Assembly (NCBI RefSeq): GCF_001194135.2 | Contig: NC_068995.1 | Coordinates: 27,847,116-27,911,115, forward strand | Length of the DNA stretch: 64,000 nucleotides | Direction: 5' to 3' | Source of the DNA: Octopus bimaculoides | Lineage: Eukaryota | In this document: piece after piece, positions 12,309 to 25,998 of the stretch | How the letters are laid out: each line of letters starts with the position of its first letter | Numbering within the stretch: position 1 is the first letter of the stretch | Made by a program: the position numbers and the translations under genes | Notes under the pieces: model-generated | Databases searched by the model: none | The model's input: only the letters and a program-made list of their open reading frames with translations | Told to the model about the DNA's origin: nothing

Positions 12309-12518
12309 ACTGAATTAGAAGAGGTTGAAAGCCGTAATGAAGAATATGTTTTAACAAGAGCCTTTCTTAACCTGATCAGTACCTTAATTGATCATTCCAT
12401 TCCAGCTGGTTTGGGTGCTGGACACAGATCTCCTGGTTTTCAACCTTATTTGGATTTTATTATTGATGGAGTATTCCTTAAATGCTTTTCAAGAGCTTAC
12501 AAGAATCCAACAGAAAAG
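12309..12518 (+). CDS. NUP205: NUP205 exon, phase 0-0
   Basis: tcttctag| ... |gtaagt. Encodes TELEEVESRNEEYVLTRAFLNLISTLIDHSIPAGLGAGHRSPGFQPYLDFIIDGVFLKCFSRAYKNPTEK (compare Nup205 ELNEIESRCEEYPLTRAF...LGAGLRPPGFDPYL). Confidence 0.93.
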
Positions 12519-13059
12519 GTAAGTTTTCTTTTTTCCATTTAATATAGAAGTTGGGTGCTTAGGAGTTTGAAAGTTGGATTACTAACTCTAATATAATGTG
12601 TTATATATTTAGCAGGTTTTGCTATATGGCTAATAATAAGAATATATAGTTCAAATATAAAAGTTATTTCATGGATAATCCCCATTAGTATGTCCTCTAC
12701 ATTTACTACTGAGTGAACAACTCAGAAATCAGCAAAAAACCCCAAGAATAATACTAAAAGCTGTGTTGCAGCTGTACTTGCAATATACTTATAGTACTTA
12801 CTATAAGCTAAATGAAAACACCCTCAGCTACCATCAAGGCTTTTGTTTTTCTGCAAAAAAGATTTATATATGATAACCATAACTAATTGCTTTTTCTTGT
12901 TTGATTTCTCTATTATAGCAAGCTCTCTCACATTTTGCTGTATGTTATTGAAATGTGTTGTCTCTTTTAATACAAGCATTCCTACACAAATAACACTACT
13001 TAGCACTAATCTGTATGTAAACAAAATGCACCTTTCATGTATTTTATTTTGAAAGTTGT

Positions 13060-13860
13060 GATTCAGGAGGCAGCTACTGTGCCTAGGTTCTTTGTAGGTC
13101 CTCTGAGACTCTTCAGGTTTATGCAGTTGGTGTCTTGACTGCAGAAAAATATGAAAGATCTGGGTGGGGAAAAATTGGGTATAGTAGTTGGTTTGGGGCC
13201 TGGAAGGGAAGACATTGAATTTGTTTCAGGTGTGTTCAGGTGGCAATATGATACTGTGAGCTCTATTGCTGTAGAATAAAGTGAAAAGACGGCATGTCTG
13301 TTGGCAAGAGACTGGTGTGTGATGGTGGGTGAGTCCTTTTCGATTAACAGGAAGGTTTTTCAATGCAGTCTTGGATGCTTTTGTGTGTGGTAACAGGAAT
13401 TTCCAGGTAGAGACTCAGCAGTTTTTCATTTCTGAAATATTCCAGGCTCTAAGGAAGAAGGCTAATCTTCAGAATGTAGTACACTACATGTTTAATATGG
13501 GTTATACCTATATGATATCAGTGAGTGTTTGTAGAAATGACAATGAACAAGTCCTTAATGCACAAAAGCAAGAGTGTTGAGGTTATAAACTAATCTTAGA
13601 CTACATCATAGTTAGAATATGTGTGACCAGCCAAGAAATAGAAGCTGGATGAAGCCTGTCAGTGAGCAGTTTAGCAAGGAGATTTTTGAACCAGACACAA
13701 TCAAATGCTTTGCTAATATCATCATCAGTAAATATTTTTTCTGAATTTCGCAAGAGCAATGGAACACTGGTGGGTAACATAGTAGAAATGTGTTCCACAA
13801 ACCTGGTAGTCTTTAATGAAAGAGAATAAGAGTGACTTGCATTGTTAGAGAAGTTAATTA
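13060..13860 (-). mobile_element. Jockey/CR1-group LINE RT fragment
   Basis: DISKAFDCVWFKNLLAKL..ISWL corresponds to the RT motif DxSKAFDRVW; the sense strand is pyrimidine-rich. Confidence 0.6.
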
Positions 13861-14026
13861 ACAACTATCCTCCTTCTTCTTATATAGGATATGTACCTGA
13901 TGTCTTTATGCAATTCATATCTAATCATTAACTCTGAGTAACTTATTATTTTGTTAATTACATTCTATAAATTAAATATATGTTTGATTACTTGTGTATA
14001 ATTTTTCTCTTCTGTTTTATTTCTAG

Positions 14027-14209
14027 TGGGATGTTGCTATTAGAGTAGTGGAAATTCTTTACAAGATATTATGTGAACATAAAATTCAACCAGAACATTT
14101 TATTGGAGAATCTCAGATAGGACAAGGAGAAAATATGGCTATGCTGAATAGGCTACCTGGACATGTTTTGCTAATTCTAATGCTCAATGATTCTGGACTA
14201 CTACAAATG
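14027..14209 (+). CDS. NUP205: NUP205 exon, phase 0-0
   Basis: atttctag| ... |gtatgt. Encodes WDVAIRVVEILYKILCEHKIQPEHFIGESQIGQGENMAMLNRLPGHVLLILMLNDSGLLQM. Confidence 0.9.
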
Positions 14210-14433
14210 GTATGTAGAATTAGGTTAAGAAAACCAAAATATGTTAATTTTTTCTTTTCAACAGCTTTATATAAACTCTGATTCTAGATATATTGCTAGA
14301 TTATGTCATGATAGCTCACTGATCTTCTGAATTTCTCACTTCTCAGTTTCCAAAAACAAATCCCACAATATCCAATATTGTTTATGTAGCATACAACTTC
14401 TAGACAGTCATTTGGTCATTCCATGGCTTTCAT

Positions 14434-15445
14434 TTAACCTTTTTATTACCAACCTGCCTATAGACGCCCATGAATTTTAAAAGCTTATATTACCAACTCT
14501 CCTGTATATGCCCAAAATAGCCTATTGATATTTACATGAAAAATTCAGCACAAATCTTATTAGTAAAGTCATGAAAAATACATTATTTTACTATGTAAAC
14601 AATTGAGTTACGGTATCCAACATTATTTAGGGTGTGAATTTCTGTGAATTTTTTCCAAATTTTTTCTACACTCATTTTCTGAAAATTTTTAATACTGATG
14701 TAAAATGGATGCCAGTTTTGTTTTGTCAAGACGTGAATCAGAATTTGAAGTATTTTTAGTGGAAAACATGGAGAAATTAAACAAAATATACAATGAACAT
14801 AAAAACCCCATGGTGTGTGATTATGAATTGGATATTTCAGTTTCCAAAAGTGAAACCAGTGATTCCATCAAAAGTTCCAATAGCAACAAAGAAAAATGGA
14901 TTTTCACTTGAATGGAGTAAAAGTTTGAAAACTGTTTCTTAAAGACTTTTCTGAAGAGATTGGACCTAGTCACAGTCTTTCCCAGGAAACAAAGCTATTA
15001 GTTTGTTGATAAAAATTACTGTGGAAACAAATTGTTATGCAGAATATAAACAAAGATATGAAACAAATAGTTTTTGCAATTAATATTGTTATGGGGGTAA
15101 GTAAGCTTCTCAAAATTACAAACAACTGGAGCGGCAATGAATCTTTTGGAGATCACTATGTTTCCAGTATTATAACAAGGCCTTGGTTTTTAACATTATC
15201 ACAGTATCTGCATGTAAGAGACACTTGTAATTCATCAGTACATGGAGAACTGATCTTTGATTTTTTATTTAAAATAAGACCCTTCATTGACTATGTTCAA
15301 AATACATATGAAACATTCTACAAACCAGGGAGAGACCTCTCTTTTAATAATGGTATGGTGGGTTATAAAGGTTGAGTATGTTTCTGACAGTATATGCTCT
15401 GAAAGCCAACAAAATGGAGGAGCAAAGTTTGAAAGTGTAGTGACG
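14434..15445 (+). mobile_element. piggyBac-family transposon, left end plus transposase remnant
   Basis: TTAA followed by cctttttattaccaacc, with a subterminal repeat. INIVMGVSKL..NW..TRPWF..YLHV..FKIRPFID..PGRDLSFNNGMVGYKG..QYM.KPTKW is PGBD/DDE_Tnp_1_7-like. Confidence 0.82.
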
Positions 15446-16469
15446 TCATCTTGAGGGTCTCCAGCACGCATGCACAGGGTTGGAATCTTCTGGAAGGCCT
15501 GCTGGAAGTTCCTGCATATGCAGGAAACTAGCAGCAGCAAAAATTCTCTTGTATCTCACTCAAAACGCTAGCAGCTGAACAATGTAGATGTGTCCTCAGC
15601 AGCTCTCTCTTCACCTCTGCTGCTGACCTGAGACGTTCGCAATTTGACCAGCTCTGTGTAGCTGGAGATTTGAAAGCGTTGCACATTTTCTAAACTGTGA
15701 AGAATGCCTTCACAATTGTGATTAAACCAACTCTGCTGCTTCCACACCAAGGCGACCTGGCTACTGATTGTCCTAAGATGAAATGCTTGTACAGCCGAAA
15801 ATTAAAGATTGTTATTTGTTCGGATATTCTTGTTCATCTATTTTCCTTCCACATTTATGTAAGGAATTGTGTGTGGCACCCATCCAGTGCCATCCTCTCC
15901 TCCTACAAAAGATTTATGAAGCAAATCGATTTTTGTATGGGGAAAAGGGACTGTAATGTAAGCCATGTGGTTTAGGATTCATCACATCCTTACCATAACC
16001 AGGGCTATATATTATCTCTTCATTTTTTAGTTCGGTCAAACTTGGGGTGGATTTAGAAGCTGGGCCAGCATATCCATGTACCACAGTTGTTGCAAGTATG
16101 AAAAGGGTGCTGTTGGATATAAAAAAAGAACAAGAAGCAAAATTTTAAAAAAGAGGTGAAATAATCCAATGACAGAAAAGAAACTTGCTAGTGACCACAT
16201 ACAGAGATAAGAGGCAACTCAATTTACTACCTACATCTGCACAACAACGTGTAGATGAAAATGGCACCCCTTTCATTTCAGCTGATCTCCATAAATTAGA
16301 AAAAATTGAGGGTCACTGAATGGTAATTCTGTAAATGCTTTCATCAAAAAAAGGTAAGCTTCCAGTGGACAGTAAGTTGAAACTACCTTCCAGATTGCAT
16401 TCTGCAAGATTGTATTATGTAGAGTGGGGTGCTTTACAAGTTTCCATGATAGAAATATTGTGGTGTGTG

Positions 16470-18881
16470 TGTAATAACCTAATGATCTGCAACACCAAAT
16501 TCAGGAATCCAACCAGTCACCTGGTAATCATATTATGAATTTGGTAGCCACACTAGCTAGATTGACTACTTTCTCACCAGGAAGCAATATATTTGGTTGC
16601 TCATACATGTAAAGACCATCCCTGGTGAACTATGTATCCCTCAGTATAGGTTAATCGTTAGTGACTTCAGTCTTCAGGCTAGAAGGATTCCATGAAGCAG
16701 ACCAGTCTGGAAAAGAGCGATTTGGTAACTTAAGGATCCTTTGAATAATCAGAGATTTAGAGATGTCCTAATGGAAGCATTTAAAGAAAATGAAGAGGAG
16801 TTACAGACATAGAGGACAACTAGAAGTTCCTATGGGACAACTTACTGAGAGACCCACAGACCACATTTGTGGCTGGTTCAAAATCCCAACCAGATCTAGA
16901 GTGACATGGTGGTGGAAGGACTGGAAGGGTGGTGATAGCTGAGAACTATATCAGTTAACTTGAAGGAGACTGGTATATCTAGTCCGAGGAGAAGCAGAAA
17001 GAAAGAAGTTTGCCAGTGTTCTGCTGTGTGAGGACCACAGGTGTTTCAGATTGCAAGATAGTGTCAGAGAAAATCATCATGTTGTAGAAGAGAAGTGCAT
17101 TCGCATAGATGATGGCTCATTTGCAGTTAGTGATTCTGCAAAGAAAGAAGCTTGGAAAAGCTGCTAAATGTAAAGAATGCATGAGAGAAGGAGAGTCTGC
17201 CTAACATGAATCCATCAGAAGAACTGGCTATCTGAATTAACAGTAGCTTAGATAAAGCAATTAAGGATATCAAGACAGGGGAAAGCACCTGGTTCATCAG
17301 GAATTACTAGTGAGATGCTTAAAATATCTGGTAGAGGTGGGATAAGGCCTGGTCACCCATGTAGTTAATCAGATTATGAACAAGGCAGTCATACCAAATG
17401 GTTGATGCAGCAGCATTATAGTCAACTGTTACGAAGGTAAAGGTGATGCTTTGACAGAAATAATTACAGAGGTATCAAATTGCTGAACCTGGCATTGAAA
17501 GTTATAGAAGGGGAGTTATCCTAGATGAGATGCAGTTTGGTTTTGTGCCAGGAAGAAGCACAACTGATGCTATCTTCCTGGTAAGGCAACGAGATACTTA
17601 GTTGTCAATAAACCTTTGCATTTGGCTTTTATTGACATGGAGAAAGCCTTTGACAGAGTTCCCCACTCTCTTGTGAGCAATGCAGAAGCTAGGGATAAAT
17701 GAGTGGTTGGTGACAGCTGTAAAAGCCATGTAAAAGTCAGTACGGTAAAAGTTGCCAATGAGTATAGCAAGGAATTTAGTGTCCAAGTAGAAGTCCACCA
17801 GGGATTGGTTCTTAGCCTCCTCTTGTTTATCATTGTACTCTTGGCCATTATCGAGGAATTTAAGACTGGCTGCCCTTGGGAGCTCCTCTACACTGATGAC
17901 CTTGTTCCTATTGTTGAATCACTACCATAACTAGAGAAGAAATTTCAGGTATGGAAGCACAGTCTGGAATCAAAGAGCCTGAGAATCAATTTGGTAAAGA
18001 CTAAAGTCCTAGCAGGTAAGAAAACAGACAAGTTACTGATCCCTTCAGGTAGATGGCCCTGCTTGATATGTAGAAAAGATGTAGATAGAAACTCCATACA
18101 GTGAACCCAGTCGAAGCTATGGACACATAAGAGGTGCAGCAGTATCACTGGAAGACTAATAGAGAAAATAGTCTTTGTGTCAGATGTGCAAGTACAAGGA
18201 ATGTACAGAAAATGGACTCCTTCAAATGTCCAGGAGGATCCTTAGAAGTAGTAGATAGTTTCCATTACCTCGGTGACCAAGTTAGCTGTGGAGGAAGTAG
18301 TTCTGAAAGCATAGTTGCCAAAATGATGGGCTGGGATAAGTTCAGAGAGCAGCTGCCTTTGTTGATAACAAAGGGCCTCTCCCTTAGAGTGAAAGGCTCA
18401 ATGTATGATACCTGTGTACAAACAGCCATGCTACATGGCAGTGAGACATTTGCTGTGACTACTGAGGATATGTGAAGACTTGAAAGAAATGAGGCCAGCA
18501 TGCTCTACTGGATGGGTTATGCCAGTATGCATGTACCACAGTAAAAAGGATCTACAAGAAACACTGGGTATAAGAAGCATCAGATGTAGTATGCAAGAGA
18601 AGAGACTGTTGGTATGGTCATTTGATGTATATGGATGAGGACAACTGCATAAAGAAGTGCCAATCTCTAAATGTGGAGGGAACATGTGACAGGGGTAGAC
18701 CCCTGGGACAATGTGGGGAGAAAGGATCTGCATACTTTAGGCCTCACTGAGGAGGTGACAAGGGACTGAAACTTCATGTAATTTGCTGTGCTTGAGAAGT
18801 TATGTCAAGCTAAGTAAAATCATGGCCATCCACACATAGAGGTATGTCCTCTATGGCCATAACCCCTCCCCCCTTCACAAC

Positions 18882-18918
<37 letters not shown>

Positions 18919-19288
18919 CAGGCCCCTCCAGTTTCTTCTCAGCATTACTTGCTATCTTCCTTCACACATGGCAAATCTTCTGTATCTCCCACCTCACTAT
19001 TCCTACTGGTAGGCCTATTCTCTCTCACACTCTTGACTGTCTGTCTTTTTGTCTCTCTCTCTATCTCTCTCTCCTGCCTCCCTTGGCCTCCCTATGCTAC
19101 TGGGATAGCCAAGTATCTCCTCTGTAGTGAAGCATGACTCTGTCTCTCTCCCTTTCACACCTCTCTCCACTTGTCCGACTGGTATAGCCAAGTGTCTCTT
19201 CTGTAGTAAGACAGTTATCCCTGACTTTTTATCATATTTCAACCACTCACCTGGCACATAGCCACTTCCCTTAGTTCCTCTCTCTCTC

Positions 19289-19344
<56 letters not shown>

Positions 19345-19727
19345 NNNNNNNNNNTGCTGCTGCTGCTGCTGCTGCTGCTGAGATGTCCTAGCCTTGCAAG
19401 CCACTTGGTAACCCTGCAGACATTGGTGATTTGTCAAATGCACTTTTGCTGACTCCACATAAAAGACACCCATGCCAGCACCATTTAAAAAACATTTGTG
19501 CCAGCGCCACAGAAGAAGTACTTGTGCTGGCACCATGTAAGGAGCACCTGTGCCAGTGGCATATGAAAACACCCAGTGCACTCTGTAAAGTGTTTGGTGT
19601 TAGGAAGTGAATCCAATAATGAAAACCATACCAAAACAGACTGGTGCAGCCCTTTTGCTTGCCAGGTTTTGTCAAACTGTCCATCCCATGGCATCATGGA
19701 CAATTAACATTAAATGATGATGATGAT
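16470..19727 (+). mobile_element. RTE LINE, heavily decayed, with a long 3' UTR containing (CT)n/(CTG)n and ending in (GAT)n
   Basis: EN/RT fragments (GCPWELLYTDDL, LEVVDSFHYLGDQ, MLHGSETFAV) and the tail acattaaatgatgatgatgat. Confidence 0.88.
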
Positions 19728-20509
19728 ATATATCTGTGATTTGATTTTATAAAAAGTTTTTTTTCAAATTTACCTTCTTTATATTTTTCTTTTACTTGTA
19801 ATTTACCTGATAAGTGAGTGACAAATTTTTATCAGTTTGTATTGTGAATCATTATTATATATGTTTCTGAGTATTATGTATATGTGTGCGTTTATTTCAT
19901 TTTGTGGGTGATATGTTTATTCTATTTTTTAAACTTCTTCCTTGCTTCACCTGTCTTATGTGCATTTTCAAGTTCAACTGATAATCCAGTAATGTGCACA
20001 ATTCTTTTATATTTAAATTTTGTTGTATACCCAATATTAAATGTCCCATTTTCTAGTTGAATTCACTTGTAATTATAGTCACTTCAAGACAAATGTTATG
20101 CAGCAAATTTGTTAAATTGTGTTCCCAAAATCACATTGATACATTGATAAATAAACATTACAAGTTTAGTTGAAAATTGATGTTTGGTAGCAGGCAAAAT
20201 GACCATTGGATATGTTTTGTTCTTACTGTACCTCATATGCAAGGCATGATCAGAGTTGAAAAGTAAATGTTTACCTTTTCATTAGCACATTTCTCATTGA
20301 AATACCATATATTTCAATTAAATGTTTATAAAAGTGCACATTTTAACTGATTTTGTAAAGTAACTAACTTTTATTACGTAAGTGGTGTATAGAGCACAAC
20401 TTAACAAATGATGCTTTTATCTATTATAGTATTTTTATCTTAAAACTCCTGTAATTACATATAGAAGTAAAATCTGCAAAGTTACTGAAATTTTGTTGAA
20501 ATATTGATT

Positions 20510-20635
20510 TCACATTTTGGCACAAGGCCAGCAATTTCAAGGGAGAGGATAAGTCAATTACATTGACCCCAGTACTCAAATGGTACTTATTTTATGAATC
20601 CCCAAAGAAATGAAAGGCTAAGTCAACCTTGGCAT
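20510..20635 (-). mobile_element. SINE fragment with a Deu/Nin-type central domain
   Basis: The reverse complement contains gttgacttagcctttcatttctttgggg..aaaataagtacca. A second copy lies at about 52255-52440. Confidence 0.6.
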
Positions 20636-20997
20636 GTAAAATGAGTTGCCAATGTTTTGCAGAGGCTATTATATAATTTTATGTTAGTTTACCTATATTA
20701 CTTAACTGTATCATCATTATTCATCTTCCACTTTTCCATGCTTGCGCCAGACAGAATTTGTTAAGGCAGATTTTTCTACAGCTGGCTGCCTTCCTTGTCT
20801 CCAACAGGTGTATGTCTGGAAAATGAACAGCTTTACTTGTCAGACGAATGGACTCATAACCATTATTGGGTGTCTAAAATAGGGTACACACAAACATGCA
20901 ACGGACTCCTTTCAGTCCCCACCTACTGAATTATCTCGCAAGGTTTTGGTCAACATAACTGTATGTTAGTTTTTTTCTTTTGAAATGTCTTTTATAG

Positions 20998-21055
20998 ATT
21001 CTCAAGATATTGAATGATTCCCTAGTGCAGTTTGCAACATATGTGGACTTTCCTG
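20998..21055 (+). CDS. NUP205: NUP205 exon, phase 0-1 (58 nt)
   Basis: ttttatag| ... |gtgagt. Encodes ILKILNDSLVQFATYVDFP plus G of Gly (compare ...QLDTYAPFPG). Confidence 0.87.
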
Positions 21056-21522
21056 GTGAGTTTATTTTTAAAATTATTTGATTTAAATTACTTGTAAATT
21101 GTTTTAGTATAAATTGATAAACTAGTACAAATAGCTTAATTGGTTAACATTACTACGTTTCTCTCTATGTGCAAAGTTTAGCCAAAATTGAAGTTACAAC
21201 ACTCTTCTTTCATAATAGAATGGTTCTTATTTGTAAAGACATGCATTTGTAAAAATAGTGCAAATGCATCTATTCTCAGCTTTCTGTGTGATGTTGTCTA
21301 TGTTATGTGCCCTCAATTTGCTGGCTCATAATCACTCTACTTCTAAAAACTGAACCAAGTGTCTCCGAAAACCATTTAGACTGGGTACATTCTGCTTGAA
21401 TGAGATCCAGACTTTAGAAGGCAAGTTGCAAATTTTCTTATGGAATTTGATTTAATTTTCATGAATACTTTTCCACTTCTAGTCTCAACTTGATAAAATA
21501 AACTTAAAAACTATTCACATAA

Positions 21523-22230
21523 GCTGTGGCTGTGTTGTAAGAAGCTTGCTTCCCAACCACATGGTTCTGGATTCAGTCCTACTGCGTAGCACCTTGGGCA
21601 AGTGTCTTCTACTATAGCCTTGGGCCGACCAAAGCCTTGTGAGTGGATTTGGTAGATGGAAACTGACCCAAGACTTGGACCCCCTGCTATCCGCCCACAA
21701 CATAAATCATACTCACATCACATAACAACAATACTGCACAATTATTTCACCTCAATTGAACCCGCTCTCTTTAACATTGCACCAAAATACATTAAAGCAG
21801 AAACAGACCCCATAAAGTTCATGAAGTCTTTTGACAAATTCCTTAAAAAAATCCCAGATAAACCTTCTACACCTGGATATGTACCTGAAAACAATAACTC
21901 TCTCCTCGAGTGGGCCATGTTATCTGATTCCTGATTTGAATGACCTTACCAGGTGGTGCTATTAAGTTAGATATGACCAGGGCCAATACTGGCCGAAACT
22001 TATCAAAAATGTATATTTACGTGTGTGTGTGTGTGTGTGTGTAGTCCCCCACCATCACTTGACAATCGATATCGGTGTGTTCACGTCCCCATATCGTAGC
22101 GGCTTCACAAAAGACACCGATAGAATAAATACTAGGCTTACAAAGAGTACATCCTGGGGCTGATTTGTTCAAATAGAAGTCGGTACTCCAGCATGGCCTC
22201 AGTCAAATGACTGAAACAAGTAAAAGAGTA
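21523..22230 (+). mobile_element. tRNA-derived SINE interrupted at 21666 by a LINE 3' fragment (about 21667-22010)
   Basis: The head gtggctgtgttgtaagaagc..ggattcagtcccact-like matches the copies at 46465 (+) and 55420 (-). The insert encodes ..PALFNIAPKYI..FDKFLKKIPDKPSTPGY..NSLLEW. The SINE tail resumes after (GT)n. Confidence 0.8.
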
Positions 22231-22562
22231 AAAAAAAAAGAGTATAAACTCAGAAATTTTTGTTGTTTTTATTGGTCATTGTAATTATTAAGCTTCAGTT
22301 GTTCATTTCACAGTTGTCTATTAGAGGGGTTATCCCCTATAAAATACTTTATTGGTAAATATAAAATTTTACTGATGGTTATTTTATGGTGTATTGATGG
22401 AAATAGAACAGTTTTATAGGACGCAACACAGAAGAAATAACATAAACATAATCTATATATGATTTATATTATTTTATATTATTATCTTATATGATTTGTA
22501 TTATTTTGGTACTTTCATATAAACAACTTCTTTAAAATATTAATCTTTGTGTTGAATTACAG

Positions 22563-22752
22563 GCAGAGCATCTCTTGAGAAAGCATGCCTCTATTGTTTG
22601 CGTATGATTGAGATTACTTTGGAGAAAGAAGATGCATTTTTGGCTGCAATTCGAGAATCTGGGTCATCAATTGTTGTTGTCTGTTTAGACAGGCTGATGC
22701 GTGGAGTGAACCCAGCTACAGGGAAGCCTGACCATTTTGTTAACATTGCCAA
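22563..22752 (+). CDS. NUP205: NUP205 exon, phase 1-2
   Basis: ttacag| ... |gtgagc. Encodes (G)RASLEKACLYCLRMIEITLEKEDAFLAAIRESGSSIVVVCLDRLMRGVNPATGKPDHFVNIA(K). Confidence 0.9.
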
Positions 22753-22857
22753 GTGAGCTAAGATTTTCTTTTAGACAAATATTTCTATTAATTAATTGTC
22801 TGAATATAAAAATAAAAGCATAAAAATAAATTGCTGTCATGTTCTTTCTGTTTTAAG

Positions 22858-22978
22858 GTTTGTCATTTATAACAACCAGTTATATGAGCATGCATTATCA
22901 GCCATAAAGATCCTTTTCCTGGTGTGTCGGTCAGTTTCAGTACAATCTGACCTAGTTGCTATGTTCACAGAAAATGAG
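22858..22978 (+). CDS. NUP205: NUP205 exon, phase 2-0
   Basis: ttttaag| ... |gtaatg, after a 105-nt intron. Encodes FVIYNNQLYEHALSAIKILFLVCRSVSVQSDLVAMFTENE. Confidence 0.88.
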
Positions 22979-23039
22979 GTAATGAATAATTTGTCTTCAG
23001 TTTTGTGCTTTTTTCAAAATTAAACAATTTCTTTTATAA

Positions 23040-23300
23040 TATTGTTTGAGGAAATAACGTTGTTAGACTCGTGAGTTTGACATGATTGATGTTTGAATCT
23101 CTGTGGGTAGATGTATAGGAAAAACTTGAACGAAATGGAACTCAAGAAAGGAAGAACTGAGCAAAATGAAACTGCTGGGAGTGGTGAGGATAAGAAACAG
23201 TTATGTTGATTTGATGTAGGTGGTGAAGGTATGCAGTTAGCTAATTCAGAAGGGTAGAGGTATTTTAATAGTAATAGAAGGGGTAATGAGGAATTAGTAT
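23040..23300 (-). mobile_element. Jockey/CR1-group LINE 3' end fragment
   Basis: The minus strand encodes YLYPSELANCIPSPP..., a typical C-terminal remnant. Confidence 0.45.
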
Positions 23301-25182
23301 TCACATTTTGTTTATTTTTAATCTAGGACTATATGCAATTCTGTGAAAGGTATCAGGTGGCTGTGGATGTGCTAGAAACAACTGCTAAATTTTCCTTAAA
23401 TCACACACCTTTTCATTGGATTTTTCTTTTTTTTTTACTAAAAAGGCTTCTCCCACTGTTTTAAGTGTGTAATGCGAAAAAAAAAAAAAAAAAGGCCAAA
23501 ATCGGTCACAAATTTTCCCAGTTTATTTCTTCATGAAAAGCTTCCTTGTGTCGCTGCCAAGGTTGTGGAGACAAAAAAAAATAATAAAAAGATAAATAAA
23601 AATATTTGGTACAGTGGAAAAAATTGAACTTATCTGAGCATCCTGATCCAAAACTCCACCATTTCTAATTGTCCATTAAAATTTTATTGAAATGCCAAAA
23701 CTCAAGTTTCTGTACCTTGTTCTTTTGGATTTAGCTAGGTCTGAAAACACTGCAAAATTGACTTTTTTTTATTACATGTAACAAAATAATCTTTACATAA
23801 ATATTTTAAAAATTAAAAAAACAAGAAAAGTTTCTTGAAGAACATGAAAAAAATAGGCAACTTCTTTACCATGGACACTATTAATTTGTGTAATTTGAAG
23901 ATGATTATCACTTCAGTTTCAAAGATATAACATCACTAATATGGCTAATTATTCATGTAGGCCAATTATGCAAAATTTCAACTCAATTCGCTGACCATTC
24001 AAATAGTCATATTTCCTGAAATATTCATCCAAATTTCACAAATGAGGTACCAAAATGTTTCTTTTTGGATGTTCTCTGAGGAAAAGTACAGTAGAATTTA
24101 CATTTAAATATTTTCTAAAATTCTGGAAGGGAAAACCAGATATTCACCAAATCTTCATAGTTTACAGATTTGTTGTTGTTCAAAAACTTCTGTGAATGTT
24201 ACCCTGGTATTTTTTCAGTAGGTTTAAATAATTTATAAACCAAGCTCATCTTTAATTAATCTTCTAACCTTAAGCCCTTCAAAAATAGTTGTTGTAAGTT
24301 CTCTTGATTTTGACCTGGAAATTGTCCCCATAGATATTTGAAAGAGTCACCTACCTTATCTTAAACTTTAAGAAATTATACTGGGAGCATGATGTTTCCT
24401 GGTTTTACTGAGAGAATGTTTGTGATGTGTTTTCCAATACTAAAATCTCTTCTTTCTGGTCATCCCTTAGTTTTCATATAACCTATCATCTTCTTTTAAT
24501 GGCGGGTGGATTTAAAACCATAACTTCTTTGCTTGCCAAGCAATATACAATTTACTTTCAAATCTCCACATTACAGCCAACTGTTTGAAGTGTTTGAGCT
24601 TATTCAGTGCCACTTTCATTGTTTCATAACTTAAATGCTTTCTTTCTCTATGCTGCTTGATGATGGTGTAGGTATTTGTCTTTATTATTTATTCATTACC
24701 TTACTATCCTTGTTCTCTGGTTCTTTCACTAGAATATAAATGAATGGTTGTGACATATATGTTTTCTAAGAAATTAACTTGACTTTCATTGTGTAGTGTT
24801 ATAGATGCAATTTTTATTTTAAATTATTAGAATGGATTAAATCAAAAGCATAATACCATTGGTAATTTTCCTAACATGCCAAAAATGAGTAATTTCTTAT
24901 TTCTGGTCTTAGCAACTGAAGTTGATGTGTTAAACTAAAACTGATATTACATTTGGAATTAGTGCTATCAAATTAACTTAGAATCACCTTGATGGAAACA
25001 AAATTGTTGCAGACCAGTGTAGTTCATAATTTTATGAATTTGGTGAGCAGTTTTGGTGAAAAAGACTAATTATGGTGTACTCTATACATAATCATGAGTA
25101 TCCCCCCCCCCACACACACAGAGCTTTATTTATTGAAATACTAACATGTAGTATACTACTTTCAAATATTTAATCAATATTA

Positions 25183-25900
25183 TGAGGGTAGGCTGAAAAG
25201 TTCATAGGCTGACTATGTTTGGCTTTCTTTAGAGCAGATAAAGAGAGTTGTTTCCACTGCATGGATTGTCTCTGGCTAAAAGTGATGACCCCAACACTCA
25301 CCCTGGCTTAGGAAACATTCAAGGAATCTAGCTTCATCACTGGTGCAAAAGTGGGGAGCTGAATTTAGGAGGGGAAGGGAGATTCTTGAAGATTACCCAT
25401 GGTCCGGACATCCTGCAACTGTCACTACCAAGGAAAACATTAATCATGTTCTCCTTATGATGATGGATGACAGGTGATTGACTATAAATCAAATAACTAA
25501 TGTTATTAGCATATCCCATGAGAGAGTGGAGAATATTCTGCTCAATGAACTTGGCATGACAAAGGTTTCTGCTTGGTGAGTGCTATAACTTCTGACACCT
25601 GATCAAAAGTGCACCAGGCTGATCACATCAGAGGAAAATTTGATATTGTTTGAAGCAGATCCAGCTAGATTCCTTGAATGTTTCCTACGCCAGGATGAGT
25701 GTTGGGTTCATCACTTCTAGCCAGAGACAAAGAGACAATCCATGCAGTGGAAACAAACCTCCTTATCTGCTCTAAAGAAAGCCAAGGTTGTTTCATCTGC
25801 AGGGAAGGTGATGGCCCCAGTTTTTTAGGATGTAAAAGGCATTGTGTTTATTGACTATCTTCAAAAGGGCCACACCATCAATGGAAAGTACTATGTCAAC
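25183..25900 (+). mobile_element. mariner transposon, left TIR plus decayed transposase
   Basis: TA then tgagggtaggctgaaaagttcataggctgac. ELGMTKVSAW*V..LLTPDQK..QDECWVHH..ETKRQSMQW..SAGKVMA.VF*D.KGIVFIDYL.KG.TING.YY. Confidence 0.88.
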
Positions 25901-25998
25901 TTAAAATTGATAAGTGAATAGCCTGGTCCATTGCTGATCTAAATCATGTTATATTCTATTAAATCTTATATTATTTATATTCTACTTAAACAACCCAG

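Noticed and set aside
15445-15800. GC-richer segment with a possible RTE/BovB-type linker (SWFNHNCEGI..)
   Set aside because: The similarity is too weak to call without a search.
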